From Chiloscyllium plagiosum (lineage: Eukaryota), in the NCBI RefSeq assembly GCF_004010195.1, contig NC_057719.1, forward strand, positions 3,331,470-3,395,469: a stretch of DNA of 64,000 nucleotides, given 5' to 3'. Made by a program: the position numbers and the translations under genes. The stretch's first letter is position 1. Each line of letters opens with the position of its first letter. Positions 26,652 through 40,649 of this stretch are shown here, in pieces. Below the pieces are notes generated by a model that ran no database searches, was not told the DNA's origin, and saw nothing but the letters and a program-made list of their open reading frames with translations.

Positions 26652-29600
26652 TCAAAACATACCACACTACAATCCAGATTGAATTGAGTATATTGACAAT
26701 CTTAAAAGCTAATGATGCAATCCAATGTTTTGGGGGTATAAGACGGGGATAAACTGAACAGTTGAGAGGAGAACTACCAAGGAACCAGCTTGGAAAAAAG
26801 ACTGCTCAAAAAGTAGCTCTCTTAAAGGTACCTTTATCAGCCAGTAAGCTGTAAAACAGAATCCCCAAGAAGAAGAAAATAAAACAGGAATACAGAGAAA
26901 ACTGAAAGCTGCCTGGTTTGGAGATATGAAGTTTTGTTTTGTAAATCTTAATCGGGGGTTTTATTGGACTAGTATTATAGAGGGAAAGGTAAAAGATAGG
27001 TTAGATGAAGGAGTTGTAAATAGTTGTTAGTTAGTTATTCTATGTTATACTTTAAGAAATAAAGTTGTTAATTTTTACTTTAAATAGATTTTGACCTCTC
27101 AAATTTTCACAGATTACTGCACGGGATAACTCTTTTCTGTGTTGTTGGTTTTAAATAAGCAGGAGGGATTACCCCATGTCATAGAGTCATAGAGATGTAC
27201 AGCATGGAAAGGACCCTTCAGTCCAACCCGTCCATGCCGACCAGATATCTCAACCCAATCTAGTCCCACCTGCCAGCACCCGGCCCATATCCCTCCAAAC
27301 CCTTCCTATTCATATACCCACCCAAATGCCTCTTAAATGTTGCAATTGTACCAGCCTCCACCACTTCCTTTGGCAGCTCATTCCATACACGTACCACCCT
27401 CTCGTAATCGTTTGGGGCTCGTCATCGGGAATTGAACTGGTTTAGATTGATTTGAATAGATTTGGGGGTACAAAAAATCCCAGCAGGTTTAAACATTTGC
27501 AGGTTAGTGTCCTAGGTCTTTAAATAAAATGTAGGTGAGACAATTTGTTTAGTTTTGGCAACTTGTGGTTGATTAAATTAAAAGTGAAAGAAATGGCTCT
27601 TAAAATTGCTAAAAAGGTTCTGGGACATGAAGATGTTTCTCAGACTTGCCACGAAAGTGTAGAAGGAAAGATGAAGGCCATTCTTTTAGAATTAGCAAAT
27701 AAGTTTGATTTGGGATTAACCAAAGATAAAGGTAAAACTAAAATTGCCAGGGAGTTACTCAAACACTTAGGTGTGTCAGAGAAACAGCCAAGTGCAGGAG
27801 AGATGTAAAACTTTAAATTACTATTGAGGAAAATGGAGTCAGAAGATAAACAAAGGGAGAGAGAAAGGGAGAGAAAGGAAAACAGGGAGAGAGAGAGGTT
27901 TTTAGTTGTGCAAAGAGAGAGAGAAGAAAGGGAGAAAGAGAGGAAAAAGAAAGAGAGAGCAAGTTCTTAGCTGAGCAAAACGAGAGAGAATTGGAATTTG
28001 AGAAGATGATGAGAAAGATGTTAAAATCTTTTTTATTTCATTTGAAACATTGTTGAGGCAAATGGAGTGGCCCGAGGATTCATGAATAATGGTAGTTGAG
28101 ACTAAACTGGTAGGCAGAGCTAGTGAGGGATTTGCTGCACTGTCAGATGAGGGGTCAAGAGATTATGAAGAGGTTAAACAGGTTATTTTAAGTGTTTATG
28201 AATTAGTACCAGAAGCATGCAGACAGCGGTTCAGAAACACAAAGAAGGAACCAGGTCAGACTTATGTTGAGTTCAAAAGAATTAAACATTGTCATTTTAA
28301 TCAATGGGTGCGTGCTTTGAAAATAGATAGGACCTTTGAGGCTCTGAGAGATTATTTAAAACTCACTTCCAGAGACGGAAAGAATTCACGTAGAGGGACA
28401 GAAAGTTCAGGAAGTGAGAAGGGCAGCAGAATTAGCAGTCAGAAGACAAGCTTTCAGCCAGAATATCGTCCTGTGAGGGATAGAAGTTGGGAGAAGGGGA
28501 AAGCCGACATTCCGAAAGAACGAGTAGAGAACATTGCTAATAATTTGCCACTTGTTAAAGAAGCCCAAGAGCGTGAAAAGGAGGTGAAAGGCCTCAGGTA
28601 TTTTCACTGTAATGGAGTGGAACACAGAAAATTACAGTGCCCGTGGTTTCAGAAGGGCCCTGGGAAAAGGTGTTCCCACTGTGAGAAGGTGGGACATGTA
28701 AAGTCACAGAGCTGGTCATTAAAGAAAGGCACTATGGGAAAAGATATGGTAAAGAAGCTAAGCCGATGGCATTAGTGAAGGTAGTAAAGGAGACCCCAAG
28801 AAGAGCTGAGGAGCTGCAGGTGAGTGCACAGCCCAGGCAGGGGCTGGATACGGAGTTAGTACCTGATCTCTATAAAGAATTCGCCTCTGTGGGTAAAGTT
28901 TACTCAGGAAGAACAGGGGGAAAAGGACAAGAAGTTATATTTTGAGAGATACAGGACCTAACCAGTTGCTGATAGCAAGGGATAAGCAAATATCCTCTCT
29001 TTCTGATCTGTTACTCGGGAGTGTGGTAATTCCTGGAATAGATGTTTTGCATTCCCCAATGTAAGGTCAGGTTAGAATGCCAACTCCAGACTGGGGAAGT
29101 TACTGTGGGAGTGACTGACAGAGTGTCAGTTCCAGGAATTCAGTTTGTTCTTGGGAATGATTTGGCAGGATCCAAGGTGGGAGTGGTACCCCTTACTGTG
29201 GAGAAGCCCAAGGAAGACCAAGAAACTGAGGAGTTAAAACAGAAATATCCTGGTATTTTCCTAGACTTTGGGGTAACCAGATCCCACTGTCATAAACCAC
29301 AGCACAAAGCAAAAAGTAAAGAGAAAGATGAAGGAATTGAGATTCAGTTAGTGGCCACCCTGTATTATGTAATGATGCAGGAAAAAATTGTATTTTTTGC
29401 CATTAGAGATGCCCTAAACGAAACTACTCAGTTCACTCCCTTTGGATTAATATTTGGGCATGAAGTGAGAGGCCCTTTGAAATTAATTAAAGAAAAATTG
29501 ACAGGCCCAAAGTCAGAGATCTCACAATTACATTATGTGTCGGAGGTGAGGGAGAGACTAAATCGAGTAGGTGAGTTAATTATACAGCACCTAAAGAGGG

Positions 29601-31648
29601 CACAGTGTAGAATGAAGCAGGTGGCAGATAAAAACTCTGAGACCCAGACGTTTTCCCGAGGGGATGACGTGTTAGTACCGTTACCACTGATAGGAGATCC
29701 CTTCAAAGCCAGGTTTAGTGGTCCCTATCAACTTGAGAAAAAGTTGAGTCAGGTGAACTATCTAGTAAAGATGCCAGATAGAGAAAAAAAGGTATCGGGT
29801 ATGCCATGTGAACATGTTGAAACTATATTATACTAGAGGGAGATACAGGTGTTAGTTACTGCCTTGCAGTGTGAGGAATCCAATCCAGATGATGTGGATT
29901 GTGATGTACCTCAAAATAGATTAAAAAATGAAGAAGTCCTTGAGGGGTGGGATAGGTTAGTAAGCTGTCTGTCTCGGGAGCATAGAACGTTGTTGAAAGA
30001 TTTGTCACTGCTGTATAAGGGCATATTTAAGAACAGAATTTGCTAAAGCAAAGGTAACATTCTTGAGACATAACATTGGTCATGGAAGGTTGACCTCACG
30101 GAACACAAAGACGAAGGTCATCGAGGAATTTCCATGACCAACCTCGAAGAAAGAGGGGCTTCGATTCTTAGCACTCAGTGGATTCTATCAGAAGTTTGTT
30201 CCAAATGTCAGCAGTGTAGTGGCACCATTAACCGATTTGCTGAAGAAGAACACAACGTTTTGGTGGACAGAACAATGCCAGGAGGCATTTGACCGTTTGA
30301 AATTGATATTAACCACCAAACCAGGTTTAGCTACACCAAACTTTTCAAAACCTTTTAAAGTCGCCATCAATGCCAGTGACAGTGGAGTTGGAGCTGTCCT
30401 CCTGCAGGAAAGTGAGGATGGGACTGAACTGTCAGTTGGTTACTTTTCAAAGATCAACATCCCCCAGAGAAAATACTCCACCATCGAAAAGGAACAACTG
30501 CGTTCGGTCCTGGCTTTACAGCATTTTAATGGGCATGTCACCAACAACGTGTCAGAGACGGTTGTGTACACAGATCTTTCTTAGAACACTTTAAAGGCAA
30601 GAATGAGACTATTTCATTGGAGTCTTATGTTACAACTTTTAATTTAAAAATTGTACGTGTTGCGGGTCATAAGAATGTAATTGCAAATGTGTTATCTTGG
30701 ATTTAACATGTAGAAATTTGTCTTTATTTAATGTTATGTATTTACAGGTATATGGGAAGAAATTAAGGTGAACTTATATTAAACTTATCAGTATGTTAGG
30801 GTAATGTGTTTAAAAAGTAGAGAAAAAATGAAGCCATCTTTTCATTATGATGGTTCATTTTTTCTTAATGGGGAGTGTTATGAAGATGTGGATGTAGAGT
30901 AAAAGCTAGCAGTGACAGCACCAAGTGTTCTCAATAAGCACAATGTAACGTGCTCCAGCTACTGGGGTAGCTAGTTACCTGGAAATGACAAAACAGATTT
31001 GAATTAGGTCAATCGGTTTAAATTATACCCTAAAAATTACCAAACCCCAATCCAGTTTGAATTGAGTATATTGACAATCTTAAAATCGAATGACACAGTC
31101 CGATGCTTTGGGGGTATAAGACTGGGGACAATTGAACAGTTGAGAGGAGAACTGCTAAGCTACCAGAATGTAAAGACTGCATGAAAAATACCTCTCTTAA
31201 AGGTACCCTTAGAGATCAGTAACCTGTAAAAGAGAACCCCAAGAAGAAGAAAAGAAGATAGGAATACGGAGAAAACTGAAAGCTGCCTGTTTGTGAGATA
31301 AAAAGTTTTGTTTTGTAAATCTTAATCGGGGGTTTTATCAAACCAAGGGCTTATGCCCGAAACGTCGTTTCTCCTTCTCCTTGGATGCTGCCTGACCTGC
31401 TGCGCTTTTCCAGCAACACATTTTTAAGTTTCATCAAACCGGTATGACAGAAGGGAAGGTAAAAGATAGGTTAGAGGAAGGAGTTCTAAATAGTTGTTAG
31501 TTAGTTATTATCTGTTGTACATTAAGAAATAAAGTTGGTAATTTTTATTTTAAATAGTTCTTGACCTCGCAAATTTTCACAGATTATTGCAAGGGATACA
31601 TCTTTTCTGTGTTGCTGGTTTTTAAATAAGCAGATAAGTGTCATAACA
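26652..31648 (+). mobile_element. Gmr1-like Gypsy element 2, internally deleted, nested in the integrase of element 1
   Basis: 5' LTR remnant 26652-27408 matches 3' LTR 30876-31648; PBS TTTGGGGCTCGTC; gag YELVPEACRQRFR, protease LRDTG, integrase C-terminus FSGPYQ, RNase H; integrase and RT cores missing. Confidence 0.8.
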
Positions 31649-33279
31649 CTTATCAAATTGAGAAAAAGAGTTGAGTCAGGTAAACTGTCTGATAAAGATG
31701 GCAGATGGTAAAAATTGTGTTGGGTGTGTTATGTAAATCTGTTAAAATCTTACTTTGGTAGAGACAGGGAACTGGAGAAACAGGTATTAGTTACTGCCCT
31801 GCACAGTGAGGAATTAAATTCAAATGTCAACGAGTTTTGATGTGTCTCAAAATATGTTAAATAATGAGGAATTCCTTGAGGAGTGGGATAGATTAGTGAG
31901 CTATCTGTCTCAGGAGCAAAGAAACGCGTTGAAATGTTTGTTGCAGCTGTATGAGGACCTGTGCAGGGATGAGTTGGGGAATACTAATACTATTGCGCAT
32001 GAGGTAGAAGTTGGGAATGCTGTTCCAATAAAACAATATCTCCAACAGACTTAATCCTCTCAAAGCCACACAGGTCCAGAAGAAAGTGGATGTGATGCTT
32101 AACGAAGATATCATCGAACCAGGTCAGAGTGAGTGGAGTTCACCGATTGCATTAGTTTCCAAACCTGACAGGACTCAACAATTGCGCATGGACTATCAGA
32201 AGGTCAACACCGCAACAAAATCAGACTCCTATCCAATCCCAAGATTGGAGGCATATATAGAGAAAGATGGACAAGCCACTTAAACCACAAAGTTGGACTT
32301 ACTGTGTGGTTATTGACAGGTACCTTTATCAGAGAAAGTGAAAGACCTTTCTGCATTTGTAATCCCAAATGAGCTATATCAGTTTAAAGTGACGCCCTTT
32401 GGAATGAAGAATGCCACATCCACATTCTAAAGGCTCATGAACAGAGTTGTGGCTGGGTTCACTAACTGTGCAGTCTATCGAGATGATGTAGCGATATTTA
32501 GCGAGTCATGGAAAGATCACATGGCCCACTTGGCAGAGCTCATTGAACGGATTACGAGAAGCAAAATGGGTAATAAACGTAAAGAAAACAGAACTTGCAA
32601 AGGTAGAGGTGATGTTCTTGGGACATGACATCGGTCATGGAAGATGGACCCCACGGAATGCCAAGCCGAATGTCATCGAGGAATTTCCATCCTCGAAGAC
32701 AGAGGTGTCTCGATTTTTGGGACTATGTGGATTCTATCGGAAGTTTGTTCCAAACTTCAGCAGGGTAGTGGCACCGCTAACTGATTTACGAAAGAAGAAC
32801 ACACAATTTTGGAGGCTTTTGAGATTTTAAAAGCAGTATTAACTATCACAACAGTTTTAGCTACACCACAATTTTTGAAACCCTTCAAAATTGCAATCAA
32901 TACAAGCAATAAAGGAGTTGGAGCTATACTGGTACAGGACGATGATGATGAATTGGCTACTTTTCAAATAAGATCAACACCCACTAGAGAAAATCCTTTT
33001 ACCATCGGAAAAGAGTTACTGAGTTTGTTCCTGGCCTTACAACATTTTATTGTTATTTTATTGTTGTATAATTTTATATTTTTTTTGTTTTACAACATTT
33101 TATTGTTTATGTGACGAACAATGTGTCAGAGACAGTTGTGCACACTGACCATAATCCTCTTACGTTGTTGGAATGATTTAGACAAAAATATGAGACAATT
33201 TCATTGGAGTCTTAGGTGTCTGACCTTTAGTTTGCAAGTTGTACATGTTGCAGGTTGTAAAAATGTGATATCACGGGGA

Positions 33280-35750
33280 TAAAGTAAAGAGGAAGAAGAA
33301 GGCTTATGTTAGGATGAGACATGAAGGCTCAGTTAGGGCGCTTGAGGGTTACAAGGTAGAAAGGAAAGACCTAAAGAGAGAGCTCAGAAGAGCCAAGAGG
33401 AGACATGAGAAGTTGTTGGCAGATGGGCATCAAGGAAAGCCCTAAGGCCTTCTATAGGTATATCAGGAATAAAAGAATGACTAGAGTAAGATTAGGACCA
33501 ATCAAGGACAGTAGTTGGAAGTTGTACGTGGAGTCCGAGGAGATAGGAGAAGCACTAAATGAATATTTTTCGTTGGTATTCACACTGAAAAAAGACAATG
33601 TTGTCGAGGAGAATACTGAGATGCAGGTTACTAGACAAGATGGGATTGAGGATTAGTGGTGCTGGAAGAGCACAGCAGTTCAGGCAGCATCTGAGGAGCA
33701 GTAAAATCGATGTTTCGGGCAAAAAGCCCTTCATCAGGAATAAAGGCAGAGAGCCTGAAGGGTGGAGAGATAAGCTAGAGGAGGGTGGGGNNNNNNNNNN
33801 NNNNNNNNNNNNNNNNNNNNNNNNNNNNNNNNNNNNNNNGATCTTTATGTCATCATTGTTTACAGGAATAGTGCCAGAAGACTGGAGGATAGCAAATGTT
33901 GTTCCCTTGTTCAAGAAGGGGAGTAGAGACAACCCTGGTAGACCGGTGAGCCTTACTTCGGTTGTGGGTAAAGAGTTGGAAAAGGTTATAAGAGATAGGA
34001 TTTATAATCTTCTAGAAAGGAATAGGTTGATTAGGGATAGTCAACACGGAATTGTGAAGGGTAGGTCATGCCTCACAAACCTTATTGAGAAGGTGACCAA
34101 ACAGGTGGATGAGGGTAAAGTGGTTGATGTGATATATATGGATTTCAGTAAGGTGTTTGATAAGGTTCCCCACGGTAGGCTATTGCAGAAAATACAGAGG
34201 CACGGGATTGAGGGTGATTTAGTGGTTTGGATCAGAAATTGGCTAGCTGAAAGAAGACAGAGGGTGGTGGTTGATGGGAAATGTTCATCCTGGAATTCAG
34301 TTACTAGTGGTGCACGGCAAGGATCCATTTTGGGTCCACTGCCATTCATCACTTTTATAAATGACCTGAAAGAGGGCTTAGAAGGATAGGTTAGTAAATT
34401 TGTGGATGACACTAAGGTTGATGGGATTGTGGACAGTGCTGAAGGATATTGCAGGTTACAGAGAGACATAGATAAGGGGGATACACGCAGCAAGTACATT
34501 ACACAGAGGGTGGTAGTTTCTGGAATGCTTTGCTAGCAGAGGTAGTAGAGGCAGTAGTTTCATTTCAAATGTGTCTGGACAGATGCATGAGTAGGTGGGG
34601 AGCAGAGGGATACAGATCCTTAGGAATTGGGTGACAGGTTTAGACAATCGATTTGGATTGGCTCAGGCTTGGAGGGCTGTAGGGCCTGTTCCTGGGCTAT
34701 AAATTTTCTTTGTTTCCTTTTTCTTTTTAAGCTGCAGAGCTGGGGTGAGAGGTGGCAAATGGAGTTTAATGCGGAAAAGTGTGAGGTGATTCACTTTGGA
34801 AGGAGCAACAGGAATAAAGAATACTGGGCTAGTGGTAAGATTCTTGGTAGTGTGGATGAGCAGAGAGATCTCAGTGTCCATGTACATAAATCCCTGAAAG
34901 TTGCCACCCAGGTTGATAGGGTTGTTAAGAAGGCATATGGTGTGTTAGCTTTTATTGGTAGAGGGATTGAGTTTTGGAACCATGAGGTCATATTGCAGCT
35001 GTACAAAACTCTGATGTGGTTGCACTTGGGAGTATTGTGGGGAGTTCTGGTCACTGTATTCTCGGAAGGATGTGGAAGCTTTGGAAAGGGTTTAGAGGAG
35101 ATTTACTAAGATAGTGCCTGGTATAGAGGGAAGGTCTTATGAGGAAAGGCTGAGGGACTTGAGGCTGTTCTTGTTAGAGAGAGCAAGGTTGAGTAATGAC
35201 TTAATTGAGACATACAGAAAGTCCTGGGGTTACAAACGTCCTGTACGTACGAACCAACCTCAGCTTCTCATTTATAAAAATTAGTTTAAAAAATCTGATT
35301 TACCTACAATGTTTCATCCTAATGAATGGGCAGACTAATTTACCCATATCTGTTCCAACTTACACATAAAGTTAGCTTATGAACAGCAGAAAAAATGGAA
35401 CCCTGGGGAGTTCCGGTATAAGATAATCAGAGGGTTAGATAGGGTGGACAGTGAGAGCCTTTTCCTCGGATGGAGATGGCGAGCATGAGGGGACATAGCT
35501 TTAAACTGAGAGGTGACAGATAGAGAACAAATATCAGAGGCATTTTCTTTACTTAGAGAGTAGTAAGGCCATGGAATGCTCTGTCTTCAACAGCACTAGA
35601 CTCGCCAACTTTAAGGGCTTTTAAATGGTCATTGGATAGATATATGGAGAAAAATAGAATAGTGTAGGATAGATAGGCTACATATTGGTTCCACAGGTCG
35701 GTGCAACATCCAGGGCTGAAGGGCCTATACTGCGCTGTAATGTTCTATAA
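33280..35750 (+). mobile_element. CR1 LINE inserted near the 3' end of Gypsy element 1
   Basis: [58 protein letters not shown]. Confidence 0.9.
35215..35416. mobile_element. Tc1/mariner (Tigger-like) MITE
   Basis: TA|CAGAAAGTCCTGGGG...CCCTGGGGAGTTCCGG|TA interrupting CR1 sequence GAGACATA/TAAGATAATC; imperfect TIRs. Confidence 0.55.
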
Positions 35751-37039
35751 GACTGGACAGATTCCAATGTAATATATATGTGTGTGCAGAAATTAATATG
35801 AATTTAGATTAATGACCTATGTATTTCATTGTAATGGGATTAAGAATTGGAAAAAAAATCTTTTCATTCTGATGGTTCATTTTTTTCTTAAAGGGGGAGG
35901 TGTTATAAAGTTGAAGGCATGTACTGTACCTTTAAGAGAGAGTGAATGTTGTTGTGAACTGAGAGATTCCAAACACCTGTCTATATGATTATATCACCAT
36001 GTCCCAGAATGCACCGAAAAATTGAAAATATGTAACATTTGGCTGTGAAATGGATACCTGTGTTAATTGCTGTTTTGACAACATTTTGAATTTAACCAAT
36101 CAGTTAAAACTATGCCCCAGGATGCCAAAACCCAATTGCGTTTGAATCTATTGTTTTGCCAACACTGAACTGATGAGATGATCTGATGTTGGGGACATTA
36201 AAATACAGGAATTTTGAAAATTGGAGATAGAGCAACTGCCATCAAGAGAGAGAGCCAAGAAATTCGGAAACACTTTTTCTCAAAAAAGGTACCTTGTCAT
36301 ATGAAACATATTCACAGTAAAAGGAAAGATGATGACCCAGGGAGATCAGCAGCTAGAAGAAGAAAGATGCAGAAGACATCAGTGGCTGTGTGGTTTTGAA
36401 ATTAAGTTGATGTAATTTTAATAAGTGTTTTACAGGAACAGTGTACTGTTATAGAGTTGGAGGCAGGTAATAAGCAGTAAAGAGAAAGGGGGGTGCTTAG
36501 AGTTGTGAATAGCTGTTGTTTAATGTTCACTTTTAGAGTTAAAGAATAAATTGATGTCATTTTCTTTAAATAGTGGAATTTGGGAGTTCCCTGTCATTCA
36601 TATTTTAACAGATTATGGGGTGAAGTGAGCTTTTCTGGGTGTTTGGTTTATTTAACAGAAAGTTTAACCGTTGAGTCATAACACAGGTTCAGTTCATTGA
36701 TTCCAAGAAAATGCTGGAATCTTTAATCATTGTAAATTCCAATTAACTTTCAAGACATGAATCCAGTTTCCTCCCACAGTTTGGTGATGTGCAGGTTAGG
36801 GTAGATTGACCATGTTAAATTGTTCATAGTTTCCAGGGATGTGCAGGTTAGAGGGAGGATTTAGCCATGGGGAATGCAGGGATCCAGGGATAGGGTGGGT
36901 CTGGGTGAGACGTTCTTATGAGCGTCGGTGTGGACTCAGTAGGCCGAACGGCCTGGTTCCACCTTGTGGGGATTCCACAAAACAAAATAGCAGACTATGG
37001 GATAACAAGACCTGTTGTGTGGGTTTAGAGTAAAGACAT

Positions 37040-37590
37040 GGGAGAGCTCAGGCACCAAAGTTATTGAACTCGATATTGAGTCCAGAAGACTGCTGGGGAT
37101 TTGTTTTCCAGCTTGCATTGAACTTCACTGGAGCACTGCAGCAAGCCTGAGACAGAGATGTTGGCCAGGGAACAGGGGAAGGGTTGGTAGGCAACTGGAA
37201 GCTCAGACAGAACGTGGATGTTCCATGAGGCGGTCACCCAGTCGACACTTTGCCTGCCCAATGTAGAGGAAACCACATTGTGAGCAGTGAATGCAGTAGA
37301 GTAGATGGTGTGAAGTCAAAACGTGTGGTGCTGGAAAAGCACAGCCAGTCAGGCAGTATCTGAGGAGCAGGAGAGTCGACATTGAGAGCATAAGCTCTTC
37401 ATCAGGAATGTAACATCTGTTCCTTGGATGATGCCTGACCAAAAGTGCTTTTCCAGCACCACCTTTTTTGACTCTGATCTCCAGCATCTGCAAGCCTCCC
37501 TTTCTCCTCGATGGTTTGGAGGGCAGGTAAAGTACTGCTTCACCTGGAAGGTGTATTTGGGCCCTTGGATACTAAGGAGGGGGGAGGTAA
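37040..37590 (-). mobile_element. Penelope-like GIY-YIG fragment with inserted inverted terminal repeat
   Basis: LLYCIHCSQCGFLYIGQAKCRLGDRLMEH. Confidence 0.7.
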
Positions 37591-37594
37591 ATGG

Positions 37595-39160
37595 ACATGG
37601 GATTCAGAGTGAGCTGGCCAATTGGCTATATAATTGGCTTAATAACAGGAGACAGAAAGTAATGGTGGAGTGTTGCTTTTCGGACTGGAGGCCTGTGACC
37701 AGCGGTGTTCCACAGGGATTGGTCTGGGTCCTCTTGTGTTTGTCGTTTATATAAATGTTTTGGATGAGAACGTAGGAGGTATGGTTAGTACTTTTCCAGT
37801 CGTCAACAAAATTGGTGGCAGCGTGGACAGTGAGGAAGGTTTTCTAAGATTATAAAGGGGTCATGATTAAATGGGTCAATGGGCTGAAACATGGCGGATG
37901 GAGTTCAATCTGAATAAATGCGAGGCATGGCATTTTGGTAAAACAAACAAAGGCAGGGCTTATACAATTAATGGTAGGACCCTGGGTGGTGTTGTACAAC
38001 AGAGGGACTTAGCGGGGCAACTACATAATTCGTCGAAGTTTCCTTGTATATAAACAGGGTGGATACAGAGTTGAGCTGGAAAAAGCACAGCAGGTCTAGC
38101 AGCATCAGAGGAGGAAGGGAGTCGATGTTTCAGGTTGGAATGTCTCATGAGACGTTTGATTAAAAGGGCATTTAGCATGCTTGCCTTAGTTACCCAGTCC
38201 GTTGAGTGCTGAAGTTGGGGTATCATGTTGAGGTTGTACAGGACGTTGGTGAGGCCTCTTCTGGAATACTGTGTCCAGTTCTGGTCACCCAGTTATAGGA
38301 AGGATAGCATTAAGCTGGAAAGGGTTCAGAAGAGATTTCCCAGGGTGTGGCTGGATATGGAAGGTTTATAGACAATAGACAATAGGTGCAGGAGTAGGCC
38401 ATTCTGCCCTTCAAGCCTGCACCAGCATTCAATATGATCATGGTTGATCATCCTCAATCAGTATCCTGTTCCTGCCTTATCTCCATAACCCTTGATTCCA
38501 CAATCCTTGAGAGCTCTATCCAACTCTTTCTTAAATGAATCCAGAGACTGGGCCTCCACTGCCCTCTGGCAGCCACCACTCTCTGGGTGAAGAGATTTCT
38601 CCTCACCTCTGTCCTAAATGGTCCACCCCGTATTTTTAAGCTGTGTCCTCTGGTTCGGCACTCACCCATCAGCGGAAACATGTTTCCTGCCTCCAGAGTG
38701 TCCAATCCTTTAATAATCTTATATGTCTCAATCAGATCCCCTCTCAGTTTGAGTTATATGAAAAGCTGGAGAGCTCGTGACTCTGTTCATTGGAGTGTAG
38801 GAATTTCAGAGGCGATCTGATCAAAGTTTATAAAATAATGAGAGATATAGATCGAGGTAATGCTAAGTTGTCTTTTCCCTCGGATGGAGTTTTTGAAGAC
38901 TAGGGAGTACACTTTTCAGGTGAGAGGCGAGAGATTTAAAACAGCATTAGAGGAAGATGTTTACACGGAGGGTGCTTTGTCTGTGGAATGAACTACCTGA
39001 GGACATTTGATGGATGCATGAATCAGAAAAGTTTGGAGGGATATGGGCCAGGCGTAGGCAGGTGGGACTAGTTCAGTTTAGGATCATGTTCAGCATGGAC
39101 TGGTTGGACCGAAGGGCTTGTTTCTGTGCTGTATGACTCTACAATTCTCTGACTCTATGG
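37595..39160 (+). mobile_element. CR1 LINE fragment with nested reverse CR1 3' end (38370-38747)
   Basis: [31 protein letters not shown] on the minus strand. Confidence 0.85.
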
Positions 39161-39164
39161 CAGA

Positions 39165-40500
39165 TGTTACACCTTTGGCAGTTGTAGAGGAAAAGGCATG
39201 GAGTTGTGGGGGGGGGGAGGGGGGGGGGTTGGGAGTAGTGCTGCTGGATGTTGGGAATGAAGAAGCAGTGGGACAGAGTATCCCAGAGGGAATGGTCTCT
39301 GTGGAAGGCAGACAAAGGAAGGGAGTGGGATAGGTGTCTGGTGGTTGCATCTTGCTGGAAGTGACAGAAATGGCGGCTAATGATCCTCTAGATGTGGATG
39401 TTGGCGGGATGGTAGGTAAGGACAAGGGGAACAGTCTCACTGTTGTAGGAGGGAATAAAGGGGGTGAAGGTGAATTGTGAAAGATAGATCAGACCCAGCT
39501 GAGGGTCATATCAACAATAGCACTGGAGACCCCTAGATCGAGGAAGAAGGTGGACATCTCGGAGTCTCCCTGGTCAGAGTTGGCAACATCAGAACAGATG
39601 CCACGGAAACAGAGGAAATGGGAGAATGGAGTAGAGTCTTTCCAGGAAGCAGGGTGTGAGGATGTGTAGTCATGGTACCTGTGGGTGGTGGTGGGTTTAT
39701 AATGCATGTTGTTGGGCACTTTATCCCCAGAAATGGAAACAGAGATGTCGAGGAAGGGAAGGAAGGAGTCAGAGATGGATCAAGTTAAGGTGAGAGCGGG
39801 TTGGAACTTGGAAGGGGAATTGATAAACTTTTCTAATTCCAGACGAGAGAGGGAGGCAGTTGTCAATATACCAGAAAACATTGCAGGTGGGGTCTGGAAT
39901 AGGATTGGATCAAGGAATGTTCCACATCCACCACAAAGAGACAGGTATAACTGGAGCCATGCGGGTCCCCATGGCCGCCTCTCTGAGCTGAAGGGAGTGA
40001 GAGGAATGAAAAGAGAAGTTGTTGAGGGTGAGGGTGGGGTCGGCTGGGTGGTGGAGGGTGCTGGGGGGTGGGGACTGTTCAGGCCTTTACTCCAGGAAGA
40101 AATGGAGAGCCCTGAGACCATCCTGGTGGGGGATGGGTGTGGAAGGGGGGGTTGTACTTCCATGGGAAAGGGGAGGTAGCTGGAGCCCATAAACTGGACG
40201 ATCCAAAACTGGAGTAAAGCATCAGAGGAATCACGGATGTGAGTGGGCAGAGACTGGGCGAGGGGGAGAAAACACGAGTCTAGTCTGGGAGAGCTGAGCT
40301 CTGTGGGGCAGGAGCAGGCAGGTACAATGGGACTGCCTGGTCAGTCCTGTTTGGGGGTTTTAGGATGAGATTGAAGTGGGGTTGGGAGACTACCAGCTGT
40401 GTAGTGGGGAAGGGGGGAGATCACCGGGGGAATGAGATTAGTGACCATAACTGACACAATAGCCTGGTGTTCAAAGGTGTGCTCATGGTCCAGGGGGAGA
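39165..40500 (-). mobile_element. Degenerate Penelope-like RT region
   Basis: Minus-strand YKPTTTHRYHDYTSSHP, LEKFIN..FQPAL, MGSSY-like motifs. Confidence 0.6.
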
Positions 40501-40649
40501 AAGGAGGCCTCTGCCAACAGCAACACCAGCCTTATCAGCAACTTTCTCTGACTTCTCTCCATAGATTCTGCCAGACCTGCTGAGTTTTTCCAGCAATTTC
40601 TGTTTTTGTTTTTGACTTCAAGCATCTGCAGTTCTTTTGGTCTTTTTAC

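Larger units (their letters stand above)
21296..36683 (+). mobile_element. Gmr1-like Gypsy LTR retrotransposon 1 (degenerate; hosts nested elements)
   Basis: 5' LTR 21296-22018 (first 54 nt missing), tRNA-Pro-like PBS, SCAN-like gag and CCHC knuckles, integrase Zn finger HLGVRKT..HWP..CHNCQTC (23955-24147), integrase tail from 31649, RT 32086-32830, RNase H to about 33270, PPT AAAGGGGGAGG, 3' LTR 35901-36683 (TGTT...AACA). Confidence 0.85.
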
